DNA of 49,227 bases from Methanospirillum sp. (GTDB taxonomy: Archaea > Halobacteriota > Methanomicrobia > Methanomicrobiales > Methanospirillaceae). The stretch is from positions 1 through 49,227 of the forward strand of contig NZ_DATMYY010000291.1 in assembly GCF_035560735.1 (NCBI RefSeq), written 5' to 3'. The notes below the pieces were generated by a model. That model worked only from the letters and a program-made list of their open reading frames with translations, was not told the origin of the DNA and searched no databases. The translations under genes and the position numbers were made by a program. Below are positions 8,702 to 18,465 of this stretch, piece by piece. Numbering within the stretch: position 1 is the stretch's first letter; the number at the start of each line of letters is the position of its first letter.

Positions 8702-9682
8702 ATGTACGCAACTGCTTTTAAAGTCCTTGAAATCCTTGAAAAGAGCGATAAACCGGTACCAAGTAGCGATATCAGCACAGAACTTTCCATCTCCAGTTCA
8801 GCGGTATGGAAGCATATCAATGAACTCAGGATGATCGGATACGACATTGTCGCTTCTGATGACGAGGGATACATGCTCGATAAGAGCAACATGGACTTCA
8901 GACCCCATGTGGTGTACAAGCATCTGAAGACGAAGGTAATCGGCAGAAGAATGCGATACTTCGACAGTATCCCCTCCACAATCTGGTATGGCAAGGATCT
9001 CGCTGACCAAGGTGAACTTGATGACCTCCACGGTTTAGTTATCATCGCTGAAGAACAGACCGGGGGCTATGGACGGATGGGTAGAGCCTGGGTCTCTCCA
9101 AGCGGGGGAATCTGGATCACCATCGTACTTACACCAAAGATCCCCATCGACCACCTGTTTATGCTCACCTTAGCTGGTGCTGTTTCTGTTGCACGGGTCC
9201 TTCGCAAGATGTTTGATATCGGTGCGCTCATCAAATGGCCCAATGACATCATCATCGGCGATAAGAAGGTTGCAGGAATCCTGCTCGAACTCGGTGCTGA
9301 GGGAGAACAGGTCAAGTACTGCCTCGTGAGTCTGGGCATTGATGCAAACATCAGTATTGATAAATTGAACGAGCCCATAAAGCACCTTATAACCTCGATA
9401 AGTGAAGAAGTGAACCACGATATTGATCGTGCAGCTCTTCTGGCTGCATTTCTGAAAGAGTTTGAGGCACGGTATGACATGATCACCCTTGGAGAATACG
9501 ATGCTGTCATCAGGGAGTGGAAAACCTTCTCTTCAACCATCGGGCGAAGAGTCAGGATTAACACGCTCAGAAACAGTTTCGAAGGTGAGGCTGTTGATAT
9601 CGATCCAAGTGGTGCTTTAGTAGTCAGAAAAGATAACGGCAAAATAGAGAAGGTCATAGCAGGTGACTGCGTACATATCTAA
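8702..9682 (+). CDS. birA: Bifunctional biotin-protein ligase/repressor
   Basis: N-terminal wHTH (ISSSAVWKHINELR), QTGGYGRMGRAW, IKWPNDI, KKVAGIL. Confidence 0.95.
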   Translation: MYATAFKVLEILEKSDKPVPSSDISTELSISSSAVWKHINELRMIGYDIVASDDEGYMLDKSNMDFRPHVVYKHLKTKVIGRRMRYFDSIPSTIWYGKDLADQGELDDLHGLVIIAEEQTGGYGRMGRAWVSPSGGIWITIVLTPKIPIDHLFMLTLAGAVSVARVLRKMFDIGALIKWPNDIIIGDKKVAGILLELGAEGEQVKYCLVSLGIDANISIDKLNEPIKHLITSISEEVNHDIDRAALLAAFLKEFEARYDMITLGEYDAVIREWKTFSSTIGRRVRINTLRNSFEGEAVDIDPSGALVVRKDNGKIEKVIAGDCVHI

Positions 9683-9684
9683 AG

Positions 9685-10233
9685 ATGTTTGGCAACCTGG
9701 ACCGTGCAGCAACACTGACCAATAGTTCCCTTTTTGTCGCCCTGATTGCAGTTTTTTCCTGGATATCAATACCTATCCCCCTCCCAATCTTCCCGGTCCC
9801 GGTCACTCTCCAGACCCTTGCAGTACTTCTTGCCGCTGCCGTAATGAAGAGACAGGCAATCATCCCTCTGGTTCTCTATCTCGTCCTTGGAGCACTTGGC
9901 CTGCCAGTCTTTCATAACGGAATGGCAGGGCTCGGGGTCATCTTCGGGCCAACCGGAGGATACCTGTTTGGTTTTATTCCCGCTGTTCTCGCAGCAGGGA
10001 TTGCATATGAGCATGCCTCCCGTGAGATCCGGATCGCGGGCCTTCTTCTTGCCACGGCATTCATCTACCTCTTCGGGATCATCTGGCTCGTCCTATCTAC
10101 AGGAATGTCAATCAATGCAGCCCTTGTTTCAGGGATGATTCCTTTTCTTCCTGGAGACCTGATCAAAGGTGTAGCAGTCTATGTGATTGCAGCAAGGCTC
10201 GAAAAAAACCCGCAGTGTCCAGCCCGTCAATGA
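9685..10233 (+). CDS. bioY: Biotin ECF S-component BioY
   Basis: PVPVTLQT, LGLPVF, GPTGGYLFGF, PFLPGDLIK. Confidence 0.95.
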   Translation: MFGNLDRAATLTNSSLFVALIAVFSWISIPIPLPIFPVPVTLQTLAVLLAAAVMKRQAIIPLVLYLVLGALGLPVFHNGMAGLGVIFGPTGGYLFGFIPAVLAAGIAYEHASREIRIAGLLLATAFIYLFGIIWLVLSTGMSINAALVSGMIPFLPGDLIKGVAVYVIAARLEKNPQCPARQ

Positions 10234-10940
10234 TATGTATTAGTTCGATCAGGTGCGGATGTCTCTCTATCTCTGATTTAACCATTAAACCAGGGCTGGT
10301 AGCGATCACCGGACCGAATGGATCAGGGAAGACAACACTCCTTGAGATGATTGCGGGGATTCAAATTCCGATTGAAGGGAGCATAAGGATCAACAACACC
10401 GAACCCAGGAAGACTACTGTCGGATGGGTCGGCGAGTTCCCTGATCTCAACATGACCTTCACCCGGGTGACGGATGAGATCGCTTCGCCACTCAGATTCT
10501 CATTTCAGCCATGCAGGGCAATAGAGGAGTCGGTGTATGAACTTGCCAGGACAATGGGCATTACGCAGCTGCTTCACAGACCAGTTCGCTCTCTGTCGGG
10601 AGGAGAAAAAGTCCTTATTGCACTTGCTTCTGCCCTCATAACAAAACCTGAAGTTCTAATCCTAGATGAGACTGATTCACACCTTGATGCATTCACACTT
10701 GGCACCGTTGATATTATCATCAGGAATGTGGGCGTGCCTCATGTTCTGTTTGCAACCCATCGGCCTGATCGAGTAACATCTGCTGATCACGTGATCGTGA
10801 TAAAACAAGGTGAGGTTCTTCGTAAAGGGACCCCCGATGAGATACACCTAAACTCAATCCAAGGATCTGAACATCTCTCCCTTCTCCGAACACTCAGGGA
10901 CCCCACCCTCTGGAGGGCTGTACATGCATCTGACTCTTGA
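10230..10940 (+). CDS. ECF-type ABC ATPase (EcfA/BioM-like)
   Basis: GPNGSGKT, LSGGEK, LILDE, ATH; ATG at 10230 overlaps the bioY stop (ATGA). Confidence 0.85.
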   Translation: MICISSIRCGCLSISDLTIKPGLVAITGPNGSGKTTLLEMIAGIQIPIEGSIRINNTEPRKTTVGWVGEFPDLNMTFTRVTDEIASPLRFSFQPCRAIEESVYELARTMGITQLLHRPVRSLSGGEKVLIALASALITKPEVLILDETDSHLDAFTLGTVDIIIRNVGVPHVLFATHRPDRVTSADHVIVIKQGEVLRKGTPDEIHLNSIQGSEHLSLLRTLRDPTLWRAVHASDS

Positions 10941-11622
10941 GCAGGTCACAATCAGGAGAGATGACTTCTCACTCCTGGCAAGTGGAACTTTTTATCAGGG
11001 AATCCACCTTCTCACCGGGAAGGTAGGATCAGGCAAGTCTACCCTCGGAGAGATCCTTTGCAGGGTGATTGAACCTGTAGATGGCAGGATGACATGTGAC
11101 GGGATACGGTCTTCTGTACTCTCGATGCAGTTTCCTGAGTACCACATCACCACCACAACTGTCATGGAAGAGATCCTCAGTTGGAAACGCGATCCGGATC
11201 AGGTTCTTGAGACTGCCGGCCTTCAGGGAAGGGGCTGCCATGACCTTCTCACCCTTTCGCGGGGAGAACTCAAACGGATTCATCTCGCGTGTATGCTTCT
11301 TGGCAGGTATGATCTGATGGTACTCGATGAGCCATTTGCCGGCCTTGATGAAGAGGCCAGGTACTGGATCTCATCTCACCTTTCAGATCATCGGGATGGG
11401 ATCATTATTATCATCAGTCATGATATCACCACTCTTCCCTCCATTAACCATCTCTGGGAGATGCAGGGTGGGGTTCTTTCTGATATCGGGGAAATACCAG
11501 GGGCACTTCGCAGCTGGAAAAATCCTCCTCCACTGATCAGGTATCTTCTGAAGAATGACTCTGAACTTTCAGGACTCTCATGGCAGGATCTTGCGGAGGC
11601 GGCATGCAGGATCCGCGGATAA
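10924..11622 (+). CDS. Second ECF-type ABC ATPase (EcfA')
   Basis: GKVGSGKST, QFPE, LSRGE, VLDEPFAGLD, ISHD. Confidence 0.85.
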   Translation: MHLTLEQVTIRRDDFSLLASGTFYQGIHLLTGKVGSGKSTLGEILCRVIEPVDGRMTCDGIRSSVLSMQFPEYHITTTTVMEEILSWKRDPDQVLETAGLQGRGCHDLLTLSRGELKRIHLACMLLGRYDLMVLDEPFAGLDEEARYWISSHLSDHRDGIIIIISHDITTLPSINHLWEMQGGVLSDIGEIPGALRSWKNPPPLIRYLLKNDSELSGLSWQDLAEAACRIRG

Positions 11623-12230
11623 GGCTCGGTGCAGTACTGCTCCTCTCGATTGTTTCCTTTCTCTCCCTTACCGGAGCATTACTCACTGTGCTCTGGTGGC
11701 TAACCTGTACAAATCGAAGAACCACATTGCACGATCTCCGTACCGGTGTTATGGTCTTCATGCTTCCTGCCATTGCTGCTATTGCAACCGAGTGGTCGGG
11801 AGGCGACGGAGTTTCCTATCTCATACGAATATCGGTTGTGCTTGTAATCGCATTATGGGCCTACAATGAGCGATATCCGGGAGAACTCCTTGATGTTTCA
11901 GTCTGGCTTTTCGGGAGGAGAAATGGATTCGATCTCGGTCTTGTCGGAGAGATGAGTATATCCACAACCGAGATCCTTGCTGACGAACTCAGGCGAACAC
12001 GGATCGCGCTCTCGCAGAAAGATCAGCGGCTTTCAGGAACAAATCTCCCGCCTGTTATTGCCAGTCTTCTTGTCAGGCAACTGAGGCTTGCCCGTGAACG
12101 AGCCGATGTCCTTGCACTGCGAGGATATCAGGGGGGTGGCAGCCTGTGTCCCTCTTTTGTGACCTCATATTTTGATATCGCTGCCGGGGCATTTTGCGTG
12201 CTGATTTTCGCAGTATCAGTGATACTCTGA
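11604..12230 (+). CDS. ECF transmembrane component (EcfT/BioN-like, divergent)
   Basis: MQDPRIRL start, hydrophobic helices, LALRGY coupling-helix motif; operon position. Confidence 0.7.
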   Translation: MQDPRIRLGAVLLLSIVSFLSLTGALLTVLWWLTCTNRRTTLHDLRTGVMVFMLPAIAAIATEWSGGDGVSYLIRISVVLVIALWAYNERYPGELLDVSVWLFGRRNGFDLGLVGEMSISTTEILADELRRTRIALSQKDQRLSGTNLPPVIASLLVRQLRLARERADVLALRGYQGGGSLCPSFVTSYFDIAAGAFCVLIFAVSVIL

Positions 12231-12247
12231 GACTTTTTTAAAGTCTC
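12229..12247. promoter_or_regulatory. Inverted repeat overlapping a TATA-like box upstream of pycB
   Basis: GAGACTTT-TTT-AAAGTCTC perfect 8-bp inverted repeat containing TTTTTAAA. Confidence 0.4.
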
Positions 12248-12299
12248 CGGTTGAACCTTTTCTGTTTGAATCGCAACCTGCCGATTCAGAGGTGGCAAT

Positions 12300-14036
12300 A
12301 TGAGTCCAGCCCGGAATACGAAGCTTCAGATCACCGATACCACACTTAGGGATGCCCATCAGTCTCTCATTGCAACACGGATGAGGACCGAGGATATGAT
12401 CCCGCTCGCACGGGCAATAGACAAAGCCGGATTCTTTTCAGTTGAGGCATGGGGAGGTGCAACTTTTGACAGTTGCATCAGATTCCTGAATGAGGATCCA
12501 TGGCACCGTCTTACCACCCTGAAAGAGGAACTCAGGCACACCCCAATCCAGATGCTCCTCCGCGGCCAGAATCTTGTTGGATACCGACATTACTCTGATG
12601 ATGTCGTTGACCGGTTCATCGATCTCTCATATAAAAATGGGGTAGACATCTTTAGGGTCTTTGACGCACTCAACGACATCAGAAACATGGAGAGGTCGAT
12701 GACCCGGGTAAAGGAGGCAGGAGCACACCTGCAGGCCACCATCTCATATACAACGAGCCCGGTTCATTCAACAAAAGGGTTTATTGAATTGGCCCGGGAA
12801 CTCTACGCCCACGAATGTGACTCTATCTGTATCAAGGATATGGCAGGCCTTGCCATGCCTGAAGAGACACGGGCACTTATCACCGGAATAAAGGACGAGA
12901 TGGATGTAATCGTAGATCTTCATTCCCACTCCACGAGTGGGATCGCATCAATGGCATACCAGGCAGCTATTGAGGCAGGTGTTGATATCCTTGATACCGC
13001 CATGTCTCCGTTCGCACTCGGAACCAGCCAGCCACCAACCGAGAGCACTGTTGCATCTGTCAAAGGGACTCCACGGGATACCGGGATCGATCTGCTCATT
13101 CTTCGTGAGATCAAGGACGAATGCATGAAAATCAGGCAGAAGTACGATGCTCTCTTTACACCAGTTGCCGAACGGGTGGATAGTGACGTCCTGATCTATC
13201 AGCTTCCTGGTGGCATGATCACAAACCTCGTCTCACAATTACAGGAACAGGATGCACTTGACCGGCTTGATGATGTATTTCGTGAGGTCCCCGAGGTACG
13301 ACGTGACCTCGGGTATCCCCCGCTGGTAACCCCGACTTCTCAGATTGTCGGGAGCCAGGCTGTGTTTAATGTTCTTGTCGGAGGGGAGCGGTACAAGAAC
13401 GTGACCAAGGAGGTCCGTGATTACGTCAAAGGGCTTTACGGTCGTTCACCAGGTCCGATCTCTGATGAGATCCGCAATCTAATAATCGGTGATGAGGAGG
13501 TCATCACTCAGCGCCCTGCTGATCTTCTGGACCCAATGTATTCAAAGATGAAGAAAGAGGCTGAGGATGCAGGCCTGGTAAAGAAGGAAGAGGATGTTCT
13601 GACATACATCCTCTATCCGGCAATTGCCCCATCATTTTTGAAGGGCGAGAGACAGGCTGAGAAGATCCCGACCTGTTCTGCAAAGAAGAGTTCAGGCTTT
13701 GAGATGCCCGATTCGATGCAGGTAGAGGTTGATGGTGAGACCTTCACTGTCCGGATCCTTGCAATCGGCGATCAACAGGCAAAGGAGAAGCCAAAGGTCT
13801 CGGGCCCACCAAAGCAGGATATGCCTGGAGGGGTCAGAAGCAACATGCAGGGAATGGTCCTTGAGATGAAGGTCGGGCGTGGGGATGAGGTAAAAGCCGG
13901 AGAGACCCTGCTTATCCTTGAAGCCATGAAGATGGAGAATCCGATTAGCAGCCCGCGTGACGGGGTCGTCACCGATATCTTTGTCGACACCGGCGACACA
14001 GTCCTGAGCGGCGACGTGCTCATGGTGATCGAATGA
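12300..14036 (+). CDS. pycB: Pyruvate carboxylase subunit B (carboxyltransferase plus biotin carrier)
   Basis: [39 protein letters not shown] biotinylation motif; SD GAGGTG. Confidence 0.95.
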   Translation: MSPARNTKLQITDTTLRDAHQSLIATRMRTEDMIPLARAIDKAGFFSVEAWGGATFDSCIRFLNEDPWHRLTTLKEELRHTPIQMLLRGQNLVGYRHYSDDVVDRFIDLSYKNGVDIFRVFDALNDIRNMERSMTRVKEAGAHLQATISYTTSPVHSTKGFIELARELYAHECDSICIKDMAGLAMPEETRALITGIKDEMDVIVDLHSHSTSGIASMAYQAAIEAGVDILDTAMSPFALGTSQPPTESTVASVKGTPRDTGIDLLILREIKDECMKIRQKYDALFTPVAERVDSDVLIYQLPGGMITNLVSQLQEQDALDRLDDVFREVPEVRRDLGYPPLVTPTSQIVGSQAVFNVLVGGERYKNVTKEVRDYVKGLYGRSPGPISDEIRNLIIGDEEVITQRPADLLDPMYSKMKKEAEDAGLVKKEEDVLTYILYPAIAPSFLKGERQAEKIPTCSAKKSSGFEMPDSMQVEVDGETFTVRILAIGDQQAKEKPKVSGPPKQDMPGGVRSNMQGMVLEMKVGRGDEVKAGETLLILEAMKMENPISSPRDGVVTDIFVDTGDTVLSGDVLMVIE

Positions 14037-15508
14037 AGTATTTTGACAAGATACTCATTGCCAACCGGGGAGAGATCGCAATCAGGGTTATGCGGGCATG
14101 CCGCGAACTCGGGATCGATACAGTCGCTATTTACTCAGAAGCTGACAAAAATTCACTTTTTGTTCATTACGCAGATGAAGCCTTTCCAGTAGGACCGGCT
14201 CCACCATCCAAGTCCTACCTGAACATGGAACGGATCATCGCGGTTGCAAAGACCTCTGGAGCTGAAGCAATCCATCCAGGATACGGATTTCTAGCAGAAA
14301 ACGCTGCATTTTCGGGACTCTGTGAAGAGGAAGGAATCACCTTCATCGGCCCAAAGAAGAAGACTATCGCCGCGATGGGATCCAAGATCAGATCCAAGCA
14401 GACGATGAAAGACGCCGGAGTTCCGGTTCTTCCAGGAACTGACGGGGGCATTGACGATATCAGTAAGGCAGCAAAAATCGCTGATCAGATAGGATATCCG
14501 GTGATCGTAAAAGCCAGCGCTGGTGGTGGAGGCATTGGGATGCAGATCGTACATGAACCTTCAGAGATCGAGCAGGCCATCGAAGGGGCAATGCGAATTG
14601 CAGAGTCTGCATTCGGAGACAGGACGGTCTTCATCGAGAAGTATCTCCAGAAACCACGGCACGTAGAGGTGCAGGTCTTCTGCGACGAACATGACAACGG
14701 CGTCCATATGTTCGAGCGTGAGTGTTCGATCCAGCGCAGGCACCAGAAGCTGATTGAAGAAGCTCCCTGCCCGGTGATGACACCAGAACTGCGTGAGAAG
14801 ATGACAAATTCTGCACTGAAGGTTGCAGAAGCAGTCGATTACGTGAACGCAGGCACTGTTGAGTTCCTGTATGATAACGGGAACTATTACTTCATGGAGA
14901 TGAACACCAGGCTTCAGGTCGAGCACACCATCACCGAACTGATAACCGGTATTGATCTTGTCAGGCAGCAGATCATTGTCGCTGCCGGTGATCCCCTCGA
15001 ATATGCCCAGGAAGATATCACCATCAGAGGTCATGCCATTGAGTGTCGTATCAATGCTGAGGATCCACTGAACAACTTTGCCGCAGATCCCGGAAAGATC
15101 GTCAGGTACCGCTCACCCGGGGGTCCGGGGATCAGGCTTGACTCAGGTATTCACGCAGGATACACAATTCCTCCGCATTATGACTCAATGATTGCAAAAC
15201 TCTGTGCCTGGGCAATGACCCGTGACCTGGCAATAGCAAGAATGAGACGTGCTATCTATGAGTACGTGATTCTTGGTGTGAAGACGACCCTGCCACTCCA
15301 TCATGCCATCATGCATAACCCTGAGTTCATTTCCGGCAACACACATACGCATTTCCTCCAGGAGGAGCATATCTCAAAGACTCTCAAGCGGTACATCCAG
15401 GAAGACGAAACCAGGATGACTCAGCTTGCAACACCACTCAGAAACGATCGGAAGATCGCAGCGATCAGTGCCGGTCTGATTGCAGTGATTGAGAAGAATA
15501 AAGAATAA
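14033..15508 (+). CDS. pycA: Pyruvate carboxylase subunit A (biotin carboxylase)
   Basis: [43 protein letters not shown]. Confidence 0.95.
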   Translation: MKYFDKILIANRGEIAIRVMRACRELGIDTVAIYSEADKNSLFVHYADEAFPVGPAPPSKSYLNMERIIAVAKTSGAEAIHPGYGFLAENAAFSGLCEEEGITFIGPKKKTIAAMGSKIRSKQTMKDAGVPVLPGTDGGIDDISKAAKIADQIGYPVIVKASAGGGGIGMQIVHEPSEIEQAIEGAMRIAESAFGDRTVFIEKYLQKPRHVEVQVFCDEHDNGVHMFERECSIQRRHQKLIEEAPCPVMTPELREKMTNSALKVAEAVDYVNAGTVEFLYDNGNYYFMEMNTRLQVEHTITELITGIDLVRQQIIVAAGDPLEYAQEDITIRGHAIECRINAEDPLNNFAADPGKIVRYRSPGGPGIRLDSGIHAGYTIPPHYDSMIAKLCAWAMTRDLAIARMRRAIYEYVILGVKTTLPLHHAIMHNPEFISGNTHTHFLQEEHISKTLKRYIQEDETRMTQLATPLRNDRKIAAISAGLIAVIEKNKE

Positions 15509-15514
15509 TTTTTT

Positions 15515-15985
15515 ATGCACAGAACAGACAAGGAAGTCCAGGATCAGGGATGGATTGATACTGTTCTCATAAAGGCACTCTTTTGTCATCTGGCCATCCC
15601 TGGTGTTGATGAGTATCCCTGCCTGATACCGATGAACTTTGTTTGGTCTGAAGGAAGGCTCATCTTACACTCAGCCATCGACGGTGAGAAGATACGTCTT
15701 CTTAAGAACAATCCTCACGCATCATTCGCGGTTGAGTCTGATGTCGATCTCATCACCAATACCAATGCCTGTGGGTATGGGATGCGGTACAGGAGCGTCA
15801 TCGGACACGGCACAGTAAGGTTTGCCGAAGAATGCGAGGAGAAGAACCACCTGCTCAAAGTACTCTCTGAAAAATATACATCATACCCGGTTGATGACTT
15901 TTCTCTAGATGCACTTGATCATGTGGCGGTGTTAGTTATCACGCCCATATCGCTTACAGGGAAAAATTCCGGATACCCTCTGTAG
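15515..15985 (+). CDS. Pyridoxamine 5'-phosphate oxidase-like (NimA-type split barrel) flavin-binding protein
   Basis: MHRTDKEV, HSAIDGEK, YRSVIGHG, LTGK. Confidence 0.8.
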   Translation: MHRTDKEVQDQGWIDTVLIKALFCHLAIPGVDEYPCLIPMNFVWSEGRLILHSAIDGEKIRLLKNNPHASFAVESDVDLITNTNACGYGMRYRSVIGHGTVRFAEECEEKNHLLKVLSEKYTSYPVDDFSLDALDHVAVLVITPISLTGKNSGYPL

Positions 15986-16012
15986 GTACGGCACACATGG
16001 CTTGATAACAGG

Positions 16013-16891
16013 TTAGTGAGTCGGTATGACCCTGAAGATGTCAGACTGGGTTAGGATCCCAATCGGCTGTCCGTCTTCAACCACAACCAGTCGCCCAATC
16101 TGCTTCTCCTTGAACTTGCGAATCACCTCGTAGATCTGGACAGAAGCATCAGCCTGAATTACCTCTTCGGTCATGACCTCGCTTACCGGTGCTTCCAGGC
16201 TTATCTTCTCTTCAATTGCCAGGAGAATGTCGGTCATGGTGATAATACCCATGAGAAAATTCCCTTCCATAACCGGTGCCCCGTGAATGCGATATTTATT
16301 GAAGAGATGGATTGCGTCCATCAGGGTTGACCTGGTTGAGAGCATCTTGATTGGAGCAGTCATGTAACTGCGGATAGGCTTCTTTGGAAGTGAGACCATC
16401 TCAAGGATTGAAACGATGAGTGCAGGCTCATTCTCATCTTTTCCAAACACCTCTCCTTTGATCATCAGTTTATTCATCGGAGTCGGACCGATGGTGATCA
16501 CATCCCCGATGTTGAAAAGTTTCACGCTCCCAATGATCTTGATCTGGGCATGGCAGATATCAGCGTGCGAGAGGGTGGTGAAGATAATCTCAGCAACCTT
16601 GACACCAGGGATGACCTCGCTTTCGCGGGAGATTTTAACCTCATATACCTCCCCATCACGCTTCAGATTGAGTTCTTTGTATGCAACAGCAGTCGGATGA
16701 TATCCACCCTTGGGCCCGGGAATACCGTCAACAAGGCCAATTGCTTTTAGTGCCTGCATCTGGTTTCTGACAGTGCCAGGATTCCTGCGTATGATATCAG
16801 CGATCTCCTCCCCCTTGATCGGTATCGACTTCTTCTCATAGAGACTGATGAGGGTGATGAGGATATCGTTCTGGATAAGAGACAGATCCAT
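16013..16891 (-). CDS. HrcA-like wHTH transcription regulator with tandem CBS domains
   Basis: IKGEEIA..RNPGTVRNQMQALKAIGLVDGIPGPKGGY wHTH; two C-terminal CBS repeats (GIITMTD, GILTQSD). Confidence 0.85.
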   Translation of the reverse strand: MDLSLIQNDILITLISLYEKKSIPIKGEEIADIIRRNPGTVRNQMQALKAIGLVDGIPGPKGGYHPTAVAYKELNLKRDGEVYEVKISRESEVIPGVKVAEIIFTTLSHADICHAQIKIIGSVKLFNIGDVITIGPTPMNKLMIKGEVFGKDENEPALIVSILEMVSLPKKPIRSYMTAPIKMLSTRSTLMDAIHLFNKYRIHGAPVMEGNFLMGIITMTDILLAIEEKISLEAPVSEVMTEEVIQADASVQIYEVIRKFKEKQIGRLVVVEDGQPIGILTQSDIFRVIPTH

Positions 16892-17391
16892 AATATTACC
16901 TCGTTAACACGTAGATCATGACATTATTCCGCTACACGACTACTCCTCATAATGGTAGATCCACATATAGGGCAGTGCGTGCAGGTATATCTGATTTAAT
17001 TGAGTTCATCTACATGATAAATCATGATGGTTTTTAAACTTTAAAAAGAACCAGAGAGGATGTATCCTGACAGAATAGTTTCACCAATCAAAACTTATAA
17101 GGAGAACGCGAGCACGCTGTAGACCTTATTCAATACGTTTCCATCCGCGCAAATCATTTGCCCATCCGAATTTTACTCCTGCCATTTACAACCCACTCAT
17201 GGTTTATCTCTTTAGTTCGCATGAACCTGTTAAGGGAGTATAACTATGACTCAAAGACGCGAGGCCGATATAACTGCAACGAGAGAGACGGATAAGAGGC
17301 TTTTTTAGTTGTAAACGATTATCCAGTCAGCACCCCCACTAATCCCACAAGCGCAGAGTTTCGTATGGATATCAATAATAATACGCAATCA

Positions 17392-18465
17392 ATGAACTTC
17401 GAACGGATACCAACTGTACCAACCGCAGATGAGGTCCTTGACAGGGCACTTCGCCGGGCTGCAGCTAAGATGCGTGAGAAGAAGCAGAAGAAACGTGCAT
17501 CAGAAGAATTCGTAAGGGCAGCATACCTCTCAGTTCACGACAAACTTGTCTCTGTCATCCAGGGTTTCCCTGAGATGGATAATCTTCCCCAGTTCTACCA
17601 GGATCTCTTCGAGGTAATCTGGGGTATCGAACGCCTTCGCAAGGCTCTCGGAGCTGTAGGCTGGGCAGCCAGGTGGTCAAAGGACCACAGGGGGGGTCTT
17701 GCCAAGGATGTCAGGTTCTCCAGTGATGAGGATGCTACCGCTTCCCGGAAAAAGGCCGTTGCACGACTTGCATCGGTGGTTCATCAGATCGATGATCAAC
17801 TCCTCTACCTCAATGAGGTCAGGAATGTCATGCGTAAACTTCCGGTCATTGAGGACGTCTTCACCATCGTTGTGGCAGGATTTCCAAACGTGGGTAAATC
17901 CTCATTCATCAGGAGAGTCTCATCAGCAGAGCCTGAGATAGCCTCGTACCCGTTTACCACAAAGGGTGTGATCATCGGTCACCGGATTGAACGCAGAGAA
18001 AAGATCCAGCTAATCGACACACCCGGCCTGCTTGACCGGCCCGCAGAGGAGAGAAATACAATCGAAAAACAGGCGATTTCAGCGATCATCAACACCGCTG
18101 ATGTCATCCTGTTTATTCTTGACCCGAGTACCTACTGCGGATTTCCTCTTGAAGACCAGATGCGTCTGCTCGACGAGATCAGGGAACTTGTCCATGTTCC
18201 GATTATAGCCGTTGTAAACAAGTCAGATGTAAAAACCCTTGAAGGATACAAGGCTATGTCAACAGCTTCAGGCGAAGGGGTTGAAGAGGTGCTTGAGATG
18301 CTCCTCTCAGAAAAACCGGCTCCAGGTGCAGCCCACCACCCCGGGCGTCAGGGGTACTCAGATCCCGATGAGGAACCAGCCGATAAGGAATCCTATGATC
18401 GCCCCTCCATTAAGTGGCGGGAGTCCGGCCTGAGGCCTCCCCGACGAGACGAAATAGAGAAGTAA
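17392..18465 (+). CDS. NOG1-family GTP-binding protein
   Basis: FERIPTVPTADE, GFPNVGKSS, YPFTTK, DTPGLLDR, NKSD; start 17392 preferred over 17365. Confidence 0.92.
   Translation: MNFERIPTVPTADEVLDRALRRAAAKMREKKQKKRASEEFVRAAYLSVHDKLVSVIQGFPEMDNLPQFYQDLFEVIWGIERLRKALGAVGWAARWSKDHRGGLAKDVRFSSDEDATASRKKAVARLASVVHQIDDQLLYLNEVRNVMRKLPVIEDVFTIVVAGFPNVGKSSFIRRVSSAEPEIASYPFTTKGVIIGHRIERREKIQLIDTPGLLDRPAEERNTIEKQAISAIINTADVILFILDPSTYCGFPLEDQMRLLDEIRELVHVPIIAVVNKSDVKTLEGYKAMSTASGEGVEEVLEMLLSEKPAPGAAHHPGRQGYSDPDEEPADKESYDRPSIKWRESGLRPPRRDEIEK

Noticed and set aside
12300-14036. Na+-pumping oxaloacetate decarboxylase alpha subunit
   Set aside because: The gene is coupled to a biotin carboxylase and no beta/gamma membrane subunits are nearby, so pyruvate carboxylase fits better.
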